From Candidatus Heimdallarchaeota archaeon (GTDB taxonomy: Archaea; Asgardarchaeota; Heimdallarchaeia; Heimdallarchaeales; Heimdallarchaeaceae): DNA of 64,000 nucleotides. Numbering within the stretch: the stretch's first letter is position 1; each line of letters opens with the position of its first letter. The position numbers and the translations under genes are program-made. Below the pieces are notes generated by a model, which was not told where the DNA came from, ran no database searches, and worked only from the letters and a program-made list of their open reading frames with translations. The stretch is from assembly GCA_016839945.1 (NCBI GenBank), contig JAEOTE010000027.1, forward strand, positions 1 to 64,000. The letters are read 5' to 3'. Of the stretch, positions 1 through 10,295 are shown in pieces.

Positions 1-2
1 AT

Positions 3-941
3 TCTATAATAGGCTTACCAACAGGTTTAAAGATTCTCGCTGAAGGAGGATCTGCTTTGGATGCTGTTGAGGAAAGTATTCGACTTATTGAAAACAATCC
101 TTATGATATAACAGTTGGTTTTAATGGCTTTCCCAATCTTATGGGAGTTGTTGAGCTTGATGCATCAATTATGGAAGGAAAAACAAGGAAAGCAGGTGCC
201 GTAGCTGCAATAAGAAATTATCGTCATCCAATCTCAATTGCAAGAAAAGTTATGGAAATAACTCCCCACGCATTTTTAGTAGGTGAGGGAGCAGAACGTT
301 TTGCTCGTGCTCTTGGGCATGAAGATGAAGAAATTATTGACGAATTAGGTATTAGAAATTATCATAATATTATGGAAGGAAGAAGCTTAGAAATGCCTCT
401 TGAAGCTCAACAACTGGTAAGAGAGTTATTTATGAGATTTGACGATCATTTACAAGAAGTGATGTCAGAATATCCTGTTAAAGAATGGTATCAGAAACTT
501 AGTTTTGAACAGCAAGGAACTACTAATGTAATTTGTTTGGATAGGACAGGAGATTTAGCAGTTGGAGTATCTACTTCAGGTTTAGCAATGAAATTCCCAG
601 GAAGAGTTGGAGATTCACCAGTTTTTGGAGCTGGGATTTATTGCACAGAAGAAGCAGGAGTAGCTTGTACAGGAAACGGAGAAATAGCTCTCAGATTGTC
701 AACAGCAAGAATGGTAGCTAATAGAATTGAAAGAAAACAAACTCCTGAAAGAGCTGCTGAATTAGGTATTCTCGAATTAAAACAAATTCCAGATAAGGGA
801 GTTTTGCATATCTTAACAATGGATAAAAAAGGTAGATGTTCTGGTGTTACTAATAAATCTGGTTTATATCATTATTATGCAGATTCTTCAATGAAAGAAC
901 CTGAAAAGCGAGCAAGTCATTATATCAAAATTTCCAAATAA
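3..941 (+). CDS. Type-2 asparaginase / isoaspartyl peptidase (Ntn hydrolase), 5'-truncated by the window edge
   Basis: The frame is open from nt 3 (SIIGLPTGLKILAEGGSALDAVE). Family motifs: ELDASIMEG, HPISIARKVM, TPHAFLVGEGA, STSGL..K.PGRVGDSP, CTGNGE. The catalytic Thr is probably in QQG-T-TNV. Confidence 0.9.
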   Translation, partial: SIIGLPTGLKILAEGGSALDAVEESIRLIENNPYDITVGFNGFPNLMGVVELDASIMEGKTRKAGAVAAIRNYRHPISIARKVMEITPHAFLVGEGAERFARALGHEDEEIIDELGIRNYHNIMEGRSLEMPLEAQQLVRELFMRFDDHLQEVMSEYPVKEWYQKLSFEQQGTTNVICLDRTGDLAVGVSTSGLAMKFPGRVGDSPVFGAGIYCTEEAGVACTGNGEIALRLSTARMVANRIERKQTPERAAELGILELKQIPDKGVLHILTMDKKGRCSGVTNKSGLYHYYADSSMKEPEKRASHYIKISK

Positions 942-981
942 CATAGATATGAAATAGAAAGAAGAAACATAAGATGCTTCT

Positions 982-2685
982 TTAACCGAAGTATCTTAAT
1001 ATTATGCCAAATATAAACCACACTAATATTCCAACATCTGCAAGTGCAACTACTACAAAAGTGCCTATATTGAAAATTTTGTAATTTTGATCAGTGAGCT
1101 TTGGAATAACAAATTGGTAGACAAGTGGGATAATAATTAAAACACCAGCTATTGTTGCTTGTAGAAGTATTGTAGTTAATGGAATTATTTCGACATGTAA
1201 TAAACTACCAATTAGGTTACCTACAATTGAACCAACAATAAGTACAAGTACAAGAATTAAGATTAATATCAAAGAATTTCTGTGCATTTCAACATTTTCT
1301 TTTGTACGATTTTCATCAGCACTATTTTTAATATTTGAAATAATTTGAATAGACAAAGGAACAACAATCAGTACAGATATCCACGTAAATGTTAGAATTA
1401 ACATTTCATTATAGGTAGTGAGAATTCCTCCAGTGATAACTCCTCCAATAAGATAAACAGCAACCATAAAAAGTATCATAGGTATTAGGATCCATCTTAA
1501 TGTACCAGATACAAATTCAGGTTTTCTAATTTCGGTAGGAGTAATTGTTTCATCTCTTTCAGGTTCAGATATGACTTCAATTTCAATCCGATCATATTTT
1601 ATCATGGAATACTGATAAGCTACCATCAGTGCCCCAAAAATAACTATTCCATCATGTGGGAAGAAATTCCAAGGCAATATAAACACAAATGGAATAAAGG
1701 TTGCGAATAAGGTAATCCATATTCCTTTAACTACTTTCTCGTTGGGTTTTTTATCTATGTTTTTTACTTTTTCTGTATCCTTTTTCCTAAAAATTTGAAC
1801 AAATTCATTCCATCTTGTTTGAAATCCAAAAAATGCTCTTGAGTAGAACTTTTTATCATCAATGAATGATTCTTTTCTCTTGAATTCCGTCTCCCTTGCT
1901 TCTTGTAATACCATTCTTTCTCTTACTGTTCTCTTTGATGTGTAAATGACAGCAATTAGAATAAATAAGAGTATAAATGGATACATAATTCCCCAGGAAA
2001 TTTGTAGAGTGTTAAAATGAAATCTTGGTTCAGACAAAAACGAGAAGAACTCAAGAAATATTTCTAGTCCCCATAATACAGCTCCAGGAATAATTACTTG
2101 TATGATATTTCTTCCACCCATTCTTGGTGAGTTTTCAGGACCACTCGAACTCCAGAATTTCATAGTTAACAGAAATCCTACAATAATGAGTAAATAGAGA
2201 ATCTGATTGCCTATGATAAAACCGTAATTATCTCGAGATCCTGCTAAAAATAAACCAAAGAAAGAAGCAACTAGAATAACAATTTTTAGAACAGTGAAAA
2301 TTAATTTTCTGTACACAAATTGCTTTTCCTCTTTTGTGTTTGTATTAGGATCTTTATATCCCACTTCCTTTAATTTCATATCAAAATCATTTTTAGCAGT
2401 ATATACTTCTGGCATAATTTTCATCAATAAAAATAAAGTAATTATGATGATGAATATTCTAGAGCCAATAATTATCATTTGGTATGCTGTTGTTAAACCA
2501 TCTTTTAGTGGATCACTTAGTAAAATTATTGCGGGTATTCCCGAAACTAATGCGAGAATAAATAATACTTTGAACCAACTTTTCATACCTGAAGATTTAT
2601 TTAAAGCAACACCTAATGCTTCGTATCTTCTCCTTTGACGTAAAACTGCTGGTGGGATAGAATCATCTGAAGACATTTTAGACAC
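982..2685 (-). CDS. Polytopic membrane protein of unknown function (alternative ATG start at 2676)
   Basis: 567-aa ORF with roughly 11-13 hydrophobic segments separated by charged loops; no recognised motif. Confidence 0.7.
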   Translation of the reverse strand: MSKMSSDDSIPPAVLRQRRRYEALGVALNKSSGMKSWFKVLFILALVSGIPAIILLSDPLKDGLTTAYQMIIIGSRIFIIIITLFLLMKIMPEVYTAKNDFDMKLKEVGYKDPNTNTKEEKQFVYRKLIFTVLKIVILVASFFGLFLAGSRDNYGFIIGNQILYLLIIVGFLLTMKFWSSSGPENSPRMGGRNIIQVIIPGAVLWGLEIFLEFFSFLSEPRFHFNTLQISWGIMYPFILLFILIAVIYTSKRTVRERMVLQEARETEFKRKESFIDDKKFYSRAFFGFQTRWNEFVQIFRKKDTEKVKNIDKKPNEKVVKGIWITLFATFIPFVFILPWNFFPHDGIVIFGALMVAYQYSMIKYDRIEIEVISEPERDETITPTEIRKPEFVSGTLRWILIPMILFMVAVYLIGGVITGGILTTYNEMLILTFTWISVLIVVPLSIQIISNIKNSADENRTKENVEMHRNSLILILILVLVLIVGSIVGNLIGSLLHVEIIPLTTILLQATIAGVLIIIPLVYQFVIPKLTDQNYKIFNIGTFVVVALADVGILVWFIFGIILRYFG

Positions 2686-2771
2686 TTTTTGTAATCCTAT
2701 AAGAGTTTATAAATTTTTACTACGATATGTTCAGACAAAACAAAAGAAGTTAAAGAAAAAAAGAGGAAAAA

Positions 2772-3521
2772 TTAAGAATCTTTATACTCTGAAACCTCTT
2801 TGATTGATTCTACAAGCTTAGATACAGTTATCTCTAAAACTTTTTCTCCTTTTTCTTTCGAAAAACCTTCTAGAGGTCCTGCTATACCTGTTTTTGTAAA
2901 TTGAGCTGTTCTAGAAGTAAGATGTAGTCCACCAACTTCTCTACCCCATTTCTTTACAGATGTCAGTCCTTCAAATCTTTCTTGAATTACTAAATCAGGA
3001 CATACAGCCCAGACTACAGAAGTTTCCATTGTAGCAGCGTGTATTCCTGAACGGAAACCAAACACAGATTCTATTAAATCTTCATCTGTCCACCATTCAA
3101 ATAGAAAACAAAGCATGTTGTGAATATCATTGTATTCAGTAATTGCATTAGTTAACGGATTAGTATTACCTCCATGACCATTTACAATGACAATTTTTCT
3201 AAAACCATGGATATGTAAAGAGTGGATTACTTCCTTAACCATTTCTTCGAATGTTTGATGTGAAAGATAAAGAGTGCCTGGAAAATCTCTATGGTGAGGT
3301 GCTACTCCTATAGGTAAAGTGGGTAAACAAAAAACAGAAGGTAATTTTTCAGCAGTTTTTCTCGCGATATGTTCAGCAATCAGAAAATCAGTTCCAAGTG
3401 GATTTTGTGGCCCATGTTGTTCGGTACTTCCAATAGGAATAAGGAAAACAGTTTTTTCTCGATCAAGTTTTTCTACATCAGTCCATGAAATCTCATGCAA
3501 GAGATATCTTTCTGAATTCAT
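2772..3521 (-). CDS. Creatininase / creatinine amidohydrolase family protein
   Basis: Family motifs PIGSTEQHGP, LGTD, HHRDFPGT, VNGHGGN, HA..ETS. Confidence 0.9.
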   Translation of the reverse strand: MNSERYLLHEISWTDVEKLDREKTVFLIPIGSTEQHGPQNPLGTDFLIAEHIARKTAEKLPSVFCLPTLPIGVAPHHRDFPGTLYLSHQTFEEMVKEVIHSLHIHGFRKIVIVNGHGGNTNPLTNAITEYNDIHNMLCFLFEWWTDEDLIESVFGFRSGIHAATMETSVVWAVCPDLVIQERFEGLTSVKKWGREVGGLHLTSRTAQFTKTGIAGPLEGFSKEKGEKVLEITVSKLVESIKEVSEYKDS

Positions 3522-3560
3522 AAAACTAATCTAGAGAATTACTATTTATTTGTTGTTGTT

Positions 3561-4514
3561 TCATTTCATGTATTCGTCAAAATATTTCAGCATGATATCT
3601 GGTTTCTTTCCAAAATAATTATACATATCAAAACGATGTAATTTGTAATTTTCTTCAAAGAATAAGACTTTCTTTGGATCAGGGCTATCATCATAGAACT
3701 TCTGAATATCTTTCAATGATGCCCACTTATCTGTTTTAGCTTGTACAAAGAAAACTGGACATGTTATAGCCTTGCAGTAATCTAAAGGAGACATTTCTGA
3801 AAACCATTTTCCACTCCAAATCCTGCTGATAAGAAATACAAATGGAATTACAAATATTGCACTTATAACAGTATATAGATTAACTACTAAATTCCAGATA
3901 AAGTGGTTAGCCGAAACAGGTTGTAGAGCAAATAGACATTCAATATCTTGATATAATTCTGGATTATGATGCATACCAATTATTGTTGCATTAGCCCCGG
4001 TACACATGCTGAAAAAACCTTTCTTCTTATTCTTCAAATCTGGTCTGGAATTGATATAATGTATTACAGCATTAACATCTTTATATTCGTCTAAACCAAC
4101 ATAGACTTTTCCAGATTTACTTTTACCACTTTCCCCATGATTTCTTAAATCAAAGAAAATTACTGAATAACTAGCATTTTGAAGTTGTTTTACGGTTGGA
4201 AGAAATTTAACTTCTATTTCTGTAATTTTTGCTAATCCTTGATTCTTTGAATCAAATCCCACTCTACTAAAATAACCTGGATGAACCATAATGATTAATT
4301 TCTCAGAATCAGCAGGGATATACCAACCTTTCAGAATAATATCATCTTCAGTCTTAAATGATATATCTTCAAACTTTAAACCATAATCGCTAGGATTCTC
4401 TTTAATAGGTTGATTCATTGGATAAAGTAGAGAGTAGGAGAAGTATATTGAGATTAAGATTATTATAAAGAACAAAACACCAATAATTATACCAATTATT
4501 CCTCCAACATTCAA
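3561..4514 (-). CDS. Membrane-anchored alpha/beta hydrolase with Cys at the nucleophile elbow
   Basis: N-terminal TM helix; FKTEDDIILKGWYIP; FDLRNHGES; elbow S-M-C-T-G; C-terminal D (KTDKW) and H (LHRF). Confidence 0.8.
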   Translation of the reverse strand: MNVGGIIGIIIGVLFFIIILISIYFSYSLLYPMNQPIKENPSDYGLKFEDISFKTEDDIILKGWYIPADSEKLIIMVHPGYFSRVGFDSKNQGLAKITEIEVKFLPTVKQLQNASYSVIFFDLRNHGESGKSKSGKVYVGLDEYKDVNAVIHYINSRPDLKNKKKGFFSMCTGANATIIGMHHNPELYQDIECLFALQPVSANHFIWNLVVNLYTVISAIFVIPFVFLISRIWSGKWFSEMSPLDYCKAITCPVFFVQAKTDKWASLKDIQKFYDDSPDPKKVLFFEENYKLHRFDMYNYFGKKPDIMLKYFDEYMK

Positions 4515-4604
4515 GCTAATTCATCTCTTTGTAAATATTGCAAAACTATTAGAAATTTGGTGTATATAAGGAATACTGCAGAAATGTTCATGATACAAAG
4601 GATA

Positions 4605-4620
4605 GAAAAGCTTAAAATAA
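4605..4620 (+). promoter_or_regulatory. Putative BRE/TATA promoter of tRNA-Pro
   Basis: GAAAAG followed by CTTAAAATAA, ending about 25 nt upstream of the tRNA 5' end. Confidence 0.5.
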
Positions 4621-4645
4621 AATAAAGATGAACAAAATTGATTAA

Positions 4646-4722
4646 GACCGGGTAGTCAAGCTTGGTATGATACATGCTTGGGGTGCATGTGATCGCGAGT
4701 TCAAATCTCGCCTCGGTCACCA
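4646..4722 (+). tRNA. tRNA-Pro(GGG), intronless, CCA encoded
   Basis: Cloverleaf: acceptor GACCGGG/CTCGGTC, D-stem GTCA/TGAT, anticodon stem CATGC-TTGGGGT-GCATG, T-arm GCGAG-TTCAAAT-CTCGC, discriminator A plus CCA. A T-tract follows. Confidence 0.95.
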
Positions 4723-4835
4723 TATTTTTTACAAAATGTCTATTAAGTTTTTTCTGAAAAAAGCATCATATGACTCTATGTTATATTTTTTAAATGGATT
4801 GTAGCATTTAAGATTAAAATTGAGAAACGATTAAA

Positions 4836-5069
4836 ATGACACAATCCGCTTATATCTTACTAAACGTTCAACCTGGAATGTTAGAACAAGTGCAAGAAGG
4901 ACTCAAGGAAATAAAAGAAGTTACTGAAGTTTATGCTGTATATGGTATATACGATTTAATTGTTAAGATTGAATTTACTTCGATGGATGAATTAAAAAAT
5001 CAAGTACTCAACAATAATATTATTGTTGAAGGAGTAAAAAACTCAATGACTATGATTTGTGTCAATTAG
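4836..5069 (+). CDS. Stand-alone Lrp/AsnC ligand-binding (RAM) domain protein
   Basis: AYILLNV.PG, V.EVYAVYGIYDLIVKIE, GVKNSMT; no HTH. Confidence 0.88.
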   Translation: MTQSAYILLNVQPGMLEQVQEGLKEIKEVTEVYAVYGIYDLIVKIEFTSMDELKNQVLNNNIIVEGVKNSMTMICVN

Positions 5070-5078
5070 TTCTTGTTT

Positions 5079-6269
5079 TTATTTTGGTTTTGATAGTATA
5101 TTTTCTATTCTTTCTACAAGTACTGTTGCTGGAATATCAAGAATGGTAATTTTAGCTCTTCTACCTCTTTTCCCCTCATCAATAGGACCTACAGTTTTTC
5201 CAATAATGCCAACTTTATGAAGCGTTTCCACTGCTGATCTGAAGGTTGATTTTCCTCTTGATTCTTCATCATATTCTTCACAAACAACAACATAATTTTC
5301 GTAACCTTCATCTACTGTTGTTGAAGTACTCCCAGATGATTTAAATTTTCTAGCAATCCCTAATGCAGCTAGAAGTTCCTGTGTTCTCAACTCCTCTAAA
5401 ACATCTCTTCGTAATTCAGGATAAACATCTGATTTAGCTGCTCGAATATACTCTGGATTGATAAAGGATTCATTCTTTAAATCAGCAAGTTTTCCTGATC
5501 TGTAAAGTATTTCTAGTCCATGTCTAGCATTTTGAGATGATGCACAAATATCAGCAATCATATTCAATGTTTCTTCATTATATGAAGTTGGATAAAGAGC
5601 CATACTTGCTCTAAATTCAAGAATTTGAAGAAGTTCATTTCGATTATAACCTGAAACATCCATTTGATCGTGAATATGACCACTGAGTGGGATATTTAGT
5701 AGAGATCGCCATTCCATTGGTCTTGATATAATTATTGTTGAAATCATACTCTTCTCAGAACCAAAATACTCTCCAGCATGGAATATGCTTAAGATGTCCT
5801 CAGAATGGAGCATATTGGCTTCATCAAGAGCTATTATTAATCTTATTTCCTCTTTAGTCAATCTCTTTACAAGCATGTCCAGAATCTCTTCATCACTAAA
5901 ACCTCTTGATTGTATTCTGAAGTGCTCAGAAAGAATATTACGGAGAATAGCAGTTTTACTTCTAAAAGAGTGACAATTATAGTAAAGAAATTTAACATTA
6001 ATGTTTCTTGAGTTTGCAGCTTGCTCGAATCGATTCATAGTATATTTACATAAATTTGTTTTTCCAACTCCTGCGTCTCCGATTATCGCTACATTCACTG
6101 AAAAAGATCCTTCAGCTCCTAGTAAAGACCTGTAATTGCGCGCTAAACGCGCTATTTCGTCTTCTCTTGTAGGTAATTCAGGAGGAATAAATTCAGGATA
6201 CATGGTTGATTCATTTTTGAAAATTGACTTACCAAACATTGCTTCTTCTACGAAATCGTAGCCTGACAT
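5079..6269 (-). CDS. cdc6: Cdc6/Orc1 replication initiator
   Basis: SIFKNE..YPEFIP.ELPTRE; Walker A GDAGVGKT; Walker B IALDEA; NARHGLEIL; C-terminal winged helix ending in RGR. ATG at 6269 preferred over TTG at 6287. Confidence 0.93.
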   Translation of the reverse strand: MSGYDFVEEAMFGKSIFKNESTMYPEFIPPELPTREDEIARLARNYRSLLGAEGSFSVNVAIIGDAGVGKTNLCKYTMNRFEQAANSRNINVKFLYYNCHSFRSKTAILRNILSEHFRIQSRGFSDEEILDMLVKRLTKEEIRLIIALDEANMLHSEDILSIFHAGEYFGSEKSMISTIIISRPMEWRSLLNIPLSGHIHDQMDVSGYNRNELLQILEFRASMALYPTSYNEETLNMIADICASSQNARHGLEILYRSGKLADLKNESFINPEYIRAAKSDVYPELRRDVLEELRTQELLAALGIARKFKSSGSTSTTVDEGYENYVVVCEEYDEESRGKSTFRSAVETLHKVGIIGKTVGPIDEGKRGRRAKITILDIPATVLVERIENILSKPK

Positions 6270-6391
6270 ATCAAATCTCCTTGACAAGAAATTAGTTAAT
6301 ATTTGAAATAAAAAGTCTTCCGCTATTAAATCAAATAATCTTTTTGCAAAAACAAAATGGTTTTAAAAAAGGAAATCTAAAATGCTTTATA

Positions 6392-6871
6392 ATGAGCTCT
6401 GAAGAAGAACATCAAAAAAGAGACATAAAAGTTCATCTAATAGATTACGATGATGTTCCAGCTCACTCCTTTCCGTTTTTTACATCTTATAGAATGTTCT
6501 TTGATGAGCAAATAAGATGTTATGGTTTTTATGAAGATGAAGAACTAGTTGCAGTCACAGCTATTATTCCAGAAGAACAAGATTTTGAGGGTGGTTTTAT
6601 ATCTGTAGGATGTCCTATAATTTATGTCTTTGAGGTTCGAGAAGATCTTAGGAAAAAGGGTATAGGATACCTATGTGCTCAAACTTTGATACATAATGTA
6701 ATAGAAGGAGATACAATTCAACTTTGTTGTTCACCCTTTGTTCGACCCTTTTGGCAAAAAGTTGGATTTGATATTGTTTATTTTGACCAGTCACTTTACA
6801 TGAATAAAATGGTTCTAAAAAAAGGTGGGATAAAAGAAGAAGATGAAATTGAAGGATTCTCTTCTCCTTAA
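6392..6871 (+). CDS. GNAT-family N-acetyltransferase
   Basis: Motif A FEVREDLRKKGIG and motif B PFWQKVGF; ATG at 6392 is the likely start. Confidence 0.85.
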   Translation: MSSEEEHQKRDIKVHLIDYDDVPAHSFPFFTSYRMFFDEQIRCYGFYEDEELVAVTAIIPEEQDFEGGFISVGCPIIYVFEVREDLRKKGIGYLCAQTLIHNVIEGDTIQLCCSPFVRPFWQKVGFDIVYFDQSLYMNKMVLKKGGIKEEDEIEGFSSP

Positions 6872-8395
6872 TTATACTTTAGGTCCTGAAGAAATTCGTT
6901 TTATTATCATCCCTTCTAAGATATATGGACTTAGATTCATAGATAAGTTCAGAGCCTCTGTAAGCCTTCCTTCACTGTTAGAATAAATAGTCATTAATTC
7001 ATCATCTTTTGCACAATAGTCTCCTAGCTTCTTATGAAGATAAACTCCGGAAACTTTATGTTTAGGAGCTCCTGCAGCAAAAGCAATTTTCTTTATTGTA
7101 GAATTAGATAGTTTAACAATATAACCATCTTTAGGAGCTGTAACTGTTGCTGTATATTCTCCAACAAGAATATCATCAGGAGTTACTGTTGAATTACCTC
7201 CTTGTACTCCTATAATTTCTTCCATTTTCTCTTTTGTTTTTCCCTTTTCTATATAATCTGATGCTAGTGAAGCTCCTTGACCTGGTTGTGCTAAACCTGC
7301 CATTTCAAACAAAATTCCAGCTAATTCTGCACTTTTTTCAAAAACACTTGTTGGACCTTTACCCATTATTACATTCAAAGCTTCTCTAGCTTCTAAAGCA
7401 GGTCCTATTGCTTTTCCAAGAGGTTGTTCTCCATAGCTCAATGCTCCTTCAATTTGTATGCCTAATCGACGACCAAGTTCTGTAGCTTCATGAGCATAGT
7501 TTATTGCATCTTCTTTTGTAGGCATTTTTGTACCTTCTCCTGTAGGGATATCAAGAACTAAATAGTCTACACCAGTTGATACTTTTTTGCTAAAAATGCT
7601 TGCAAGCATCTGACTATGAGGATCAATACCTAAAGGTTGTTCTACCCTATGAATTACTATTTCATCTAAAGGTGAAAGATCTAAAGTTCCTCCCCAAACT
7701 AGCATTCCTCGTGTTTTTGGTGCTATTTCAAGTATTTCATCTGCTGAGAAGTTAACATCACATAAGACTTCCATAGTGTCAGCAGTTCCAGAAGGACTTG
7801 TTATTGCTCTGGAACTTGTTTTTGGAATCAATAAACCAGCAGCAGCGACAGTAGGAACAATGATTAGTGAAACCTTGTTTCCTGGTATTCCACCTATAGA
7901 ATGCTTATCATATACGGGTTCATCAAAATCAATTGTAGTTCCATATTCACTCATTGAGGAAGTTAAGAATTGTATTTCATCCATATTCAATCCTTTGTAA
8001 AATTGTGCTAGTGTAAACATCGAAATTTCTAAATCAGTATATTGCCCACTACAAATGTCATTTACAATTGATCGTATCTGGTTTTCCTTCCAAACACTCC
8101 CTATCCTTTTATTTTTTACATGCTCTAAAGAAGCGGGTTTTCTTCTAGCATAAACACTTACTTTTTGATCTTTTTTAATATTTAACAACTTAATCGAAGA
8201 TTCTTTCAAACCTATTAATTCTGGTTCGATTAGATTCTCAGTAGCGATAATCTCACACATTATTTCTGCTGAATCACTCTTTACTTTGATATATGATGAG
8301 TGTTTCATTTTTAAATTACTTAAAGTTTGAGAGTTAATTAATGCAAAATCTCTCTCAGTGTTAAGATCAAATTTCTTAGTTTTCAAACTTGTCAT
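6872..8395 (-). CDS. deoA: AMP phosphorylase (archaeal thymidine-phosphorylase family)
   Basis: DKHSIGGIPGNK, PKTSSRAITSPSGTADTMEVL, GPALEAREAL; N-terminal beta-barrel extension typical of AMP phosphorylase. Confidence 0.93.
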   Translation of the reverse strand: MTSLKTKKFDLNTERDFALINSQTLSNLKMKHSSYIKVKSDSAEIMCEIIATENLIEPELIGLKESSIKLLNIKKDQKVSVYARRKPASLEHVKNKRIGSVWKENQIRSIVNDICSGQYTDLEISMFTLAQFYKGLNMDEIQFLTSSMSEYGTTIDFDEPVYDKHSIGGIPGNKVSLIIVPTVAAAGLLIPKTSSRAITSPSGTADTMEVLCDVNFSADEILEIAPKTRGMLVWGGTLDLSPLDEIVIHRVEQPLGIDPHSQMLASIFSKKVSTGVDYLVLDIPTGEGTKMPTKEDAINYAHEATELGRRLGIQIEGALSYGEQPLGKAIGPALEAREALNVIMGKGPTSVFEKSAELAGILFEMAGLAQPGQGASLASDYIEKGKTKEKMEEIIGVQGGNSTVTPDDILVGEYTATVTAPKDGYIVKLSNSTIKKIAFAAGAPKHKVSGVYLHKKLGDYCAKDDELMTIYSNSEGRLTEALNLSMNLSPYILEGMIIKRISSGPKV

Positions 8396-8541
8396 TCTAA
8401 ATCACACTTTATTGTATAATAATCAGAATTAAAATATCTTTTCTTCCGGAGAAAAAAAAGCAGAAATATTAACATATAACATTTTCGTTAATTGGTAAAA
8501 TACCTAAAAATAGACAAAAACAAAGAGAAAAGAGATGAAAT

Positions 8542-9444
8542 TTACTCTCTTTGTGCAAGTTTCTTTGATTCTCTATAGATTTTTATTTTCTGGAATACTC
8601 TAAACTGAAGGGCTGCAATTAAGGCTACAAATACAATTATTATTGGTATCCAAACAACCCATGTTGTAGTAGTATAGGGTAATCCCCATCCATGTAATCT
8701 TATCAACGTAATGTTTGCTCCTGCGAAATGTCCTGTAGCATTAGAATAGAACATTTCATAGGTCATATCATTTAGTAATCCTGTTTTTTTATCAAACACA
8801 AGAGTCATTACTGTTTTATTACTTACTTCGGTATATACTGTATTATGATAAATAACAACATCTTCTTGAACTTCCCATATTGTTTGATTAGCACTTGCAG
8901 CATTAGCTAAATATCCAAAATAGCCATCTGGATGATAAGTGTAATCTACAAAATCTTCAGTAATATTGATAGTTAAAGGTTGTAGGAATTTAAAAACAGC
9001 TAACTTGTGAAGATCAGTTGATTCATACCTAGCATTAACATCATTTACATATACAGAACACCACTCATGCACTCTTGGACGAGACAAAGTAGGTTCTGAA
9101 TCTATTTGAATGAGAATTGTGTCTCCAGATTTTAATTTCTTGTCTCCTTCCGAAACATGAAAATTATCAGTTTTTTCAAAGTCATCTATTTTCCATCTTA
9201 CCTTTTTGTCCTCGTTAATCGATTGATGATAATCAAGAGCATTCAAAAAAGCGTTAGTGATATTCATTGTATCTGGAACAAAAATTGTTTCAATTAAATC
9301 TCCAGGTTGTACTGTTTGATTAGGACTAATTTGATTTGATGGAGCAGAATTATCTAACATAGCAGCTCCAATTGATGCATTAAATAAGGTTAAATTGAAG
9401 AACAATAAAACTGACAATATACCAAAGATTCTTTTTTTATTCAT
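8542..9444 (-). CDS. Secreted, C-terminally membrane-anchored surface protein
   Basis: Signal peptide MNKKRIFGILSVLL..., beta-rich body with N-x-S/T sequons, C-terminal TM helix and basic tail. Confidence 0.75.
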   Translation of the reverse strand: MNKKRIFGILSVLLFFNLTLFNASIGAAMLDNSAPSNQISPNQTVQPGDLIETIFVPDTMNITNAFLNALDYHQSINEDKKVRWKIDDFEKTDNFHVSEGDKKLKSGDTILIQIDSEPTLSRPRVHEWCSVYVNDVNARYESTDLHKLAVFKFLQPLTINITEDFVDYTYHPDGYFGYLANAASANQTIWEVQEDVVIYHNTVYTEVSNKTVMTLVFDKKTGLLNDMTYEMFYSNATGHFAGANITLIRLHGWGLPYTTTTWVVWIPIIIVFVALIAALQFRVFQKIKIYRESKKLAQRE

Positions 9445-9527
9445 ATTGACCCCTATTTCTTTTATGTATTCTCGTTCTATCGTTCATTAACACACATTTT
9501 TAATGTTTTTGGTTTAAACTAATCATA

Positions 9528-10244
9528 TTATTCTATAGTGAAATAAAGTCTCTTGTTATTCTTCCCTCTATTTTCAGATTTTAGAGGCTTAAATACGCCT
9601 ATTTCTTTTGTATTTGCAACATGTACTCCTCCATCAGCTTGTTTGTCAACATCTTTTATTTCTACTATTCTTATTATCTTCACGCTTTCAGGTATTAGAT
9701 TGACCTTAGTACGAATTAAATCTGGATCCTTGAGAGCTTCTTCTCTTTCCATAAAGGAAATTGAAACATCATAACCTTCTTCAATAATCCTTTTCATTTC
9801 TTCTTCGATTTCTTGAACACGATCTTGTCTTAAATGATCAATTTCAAAGTCAACTCTGCTTTTTTCAGGAGTTATATTCCCGCCAGTAACTACCGAATTG
9901 TATTTCTTGTAAAGCAATGAAGAAATCGAATGAAGAGCTGTGTGCATTTTCATTTGACTATAACGGTTTTCCCAATCAATTTTGCATTTTACCTTCTCAC
10001 CCAACAGACTACTTGATGGAGGGGGTAAAAGCAGATGAAGGACTTTACCTTTACTGAAGATTACTTCTTTTACATTATAATTTTGACTTTGAGATGTAGT
10101 TAAAACACCTGTATCACTCTGTAAACCTCCCCCTCGGTATGAAAAAGCTGTTTTATCAAGGATAACAGCATCTTCTTCAACTGCAATTATCTCAGCTTCA
10201 AATTCTTTAATATAAGAATCAGTTTGAAAAAGTAATTCTGTCAT
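9528..10244 (-). CDS. alaXM: AlaX-M type trans-editing (misacylated tRNA deacylase) protein
   Basis: LFQTDSYIKEF, GGGLQSDTG, MHTALH, ADGGVHV.NTKEIG. Confidence 0.9.
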   Translation of the reverse strand: MTELLFQTDSYIKEFEAEIIAVEEDAVILDKTAFSYRGGGLQSDTGVLTTSQSQNYNVKEVIFSKGKVLHLLLPPPSSSLLGEKVKCKIDWENRYSQMKMHTALHSISSLLYKKYNSVVTGGNITPEKSRVDFEIDHLRQDRVQEIEEEMKRIIEEGYDVSISFMEREEALKDPDLIRTKVNLIPESVKIIRIVEIKDVDKQADGGVHVANTKEIGVFKPLKSENRGKNNKRLYFTIE

Positions 10245-10295
10245 GATTTTATGCAAAAATAGAGATAAAAAAACCTTGTGGATTGGAATTAAAGA

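Noticed and set aside
4511-4723. 70-aa minus-strand ORF
   Set aside because: It is antisense to tRNA-Pro and its promoter; a shadow ORF.
4646-4835. tRNA as an integration site for a mobile element
   Set aside because: No integrase and no duplicated tRNA 3' end were seen in the window.
6270-6391. Replication origin next to cdc6
   Set aside because: The intergenic is short and I see no ORB/mini-ORB repeats or G-string; it looks like a divergent promoter.
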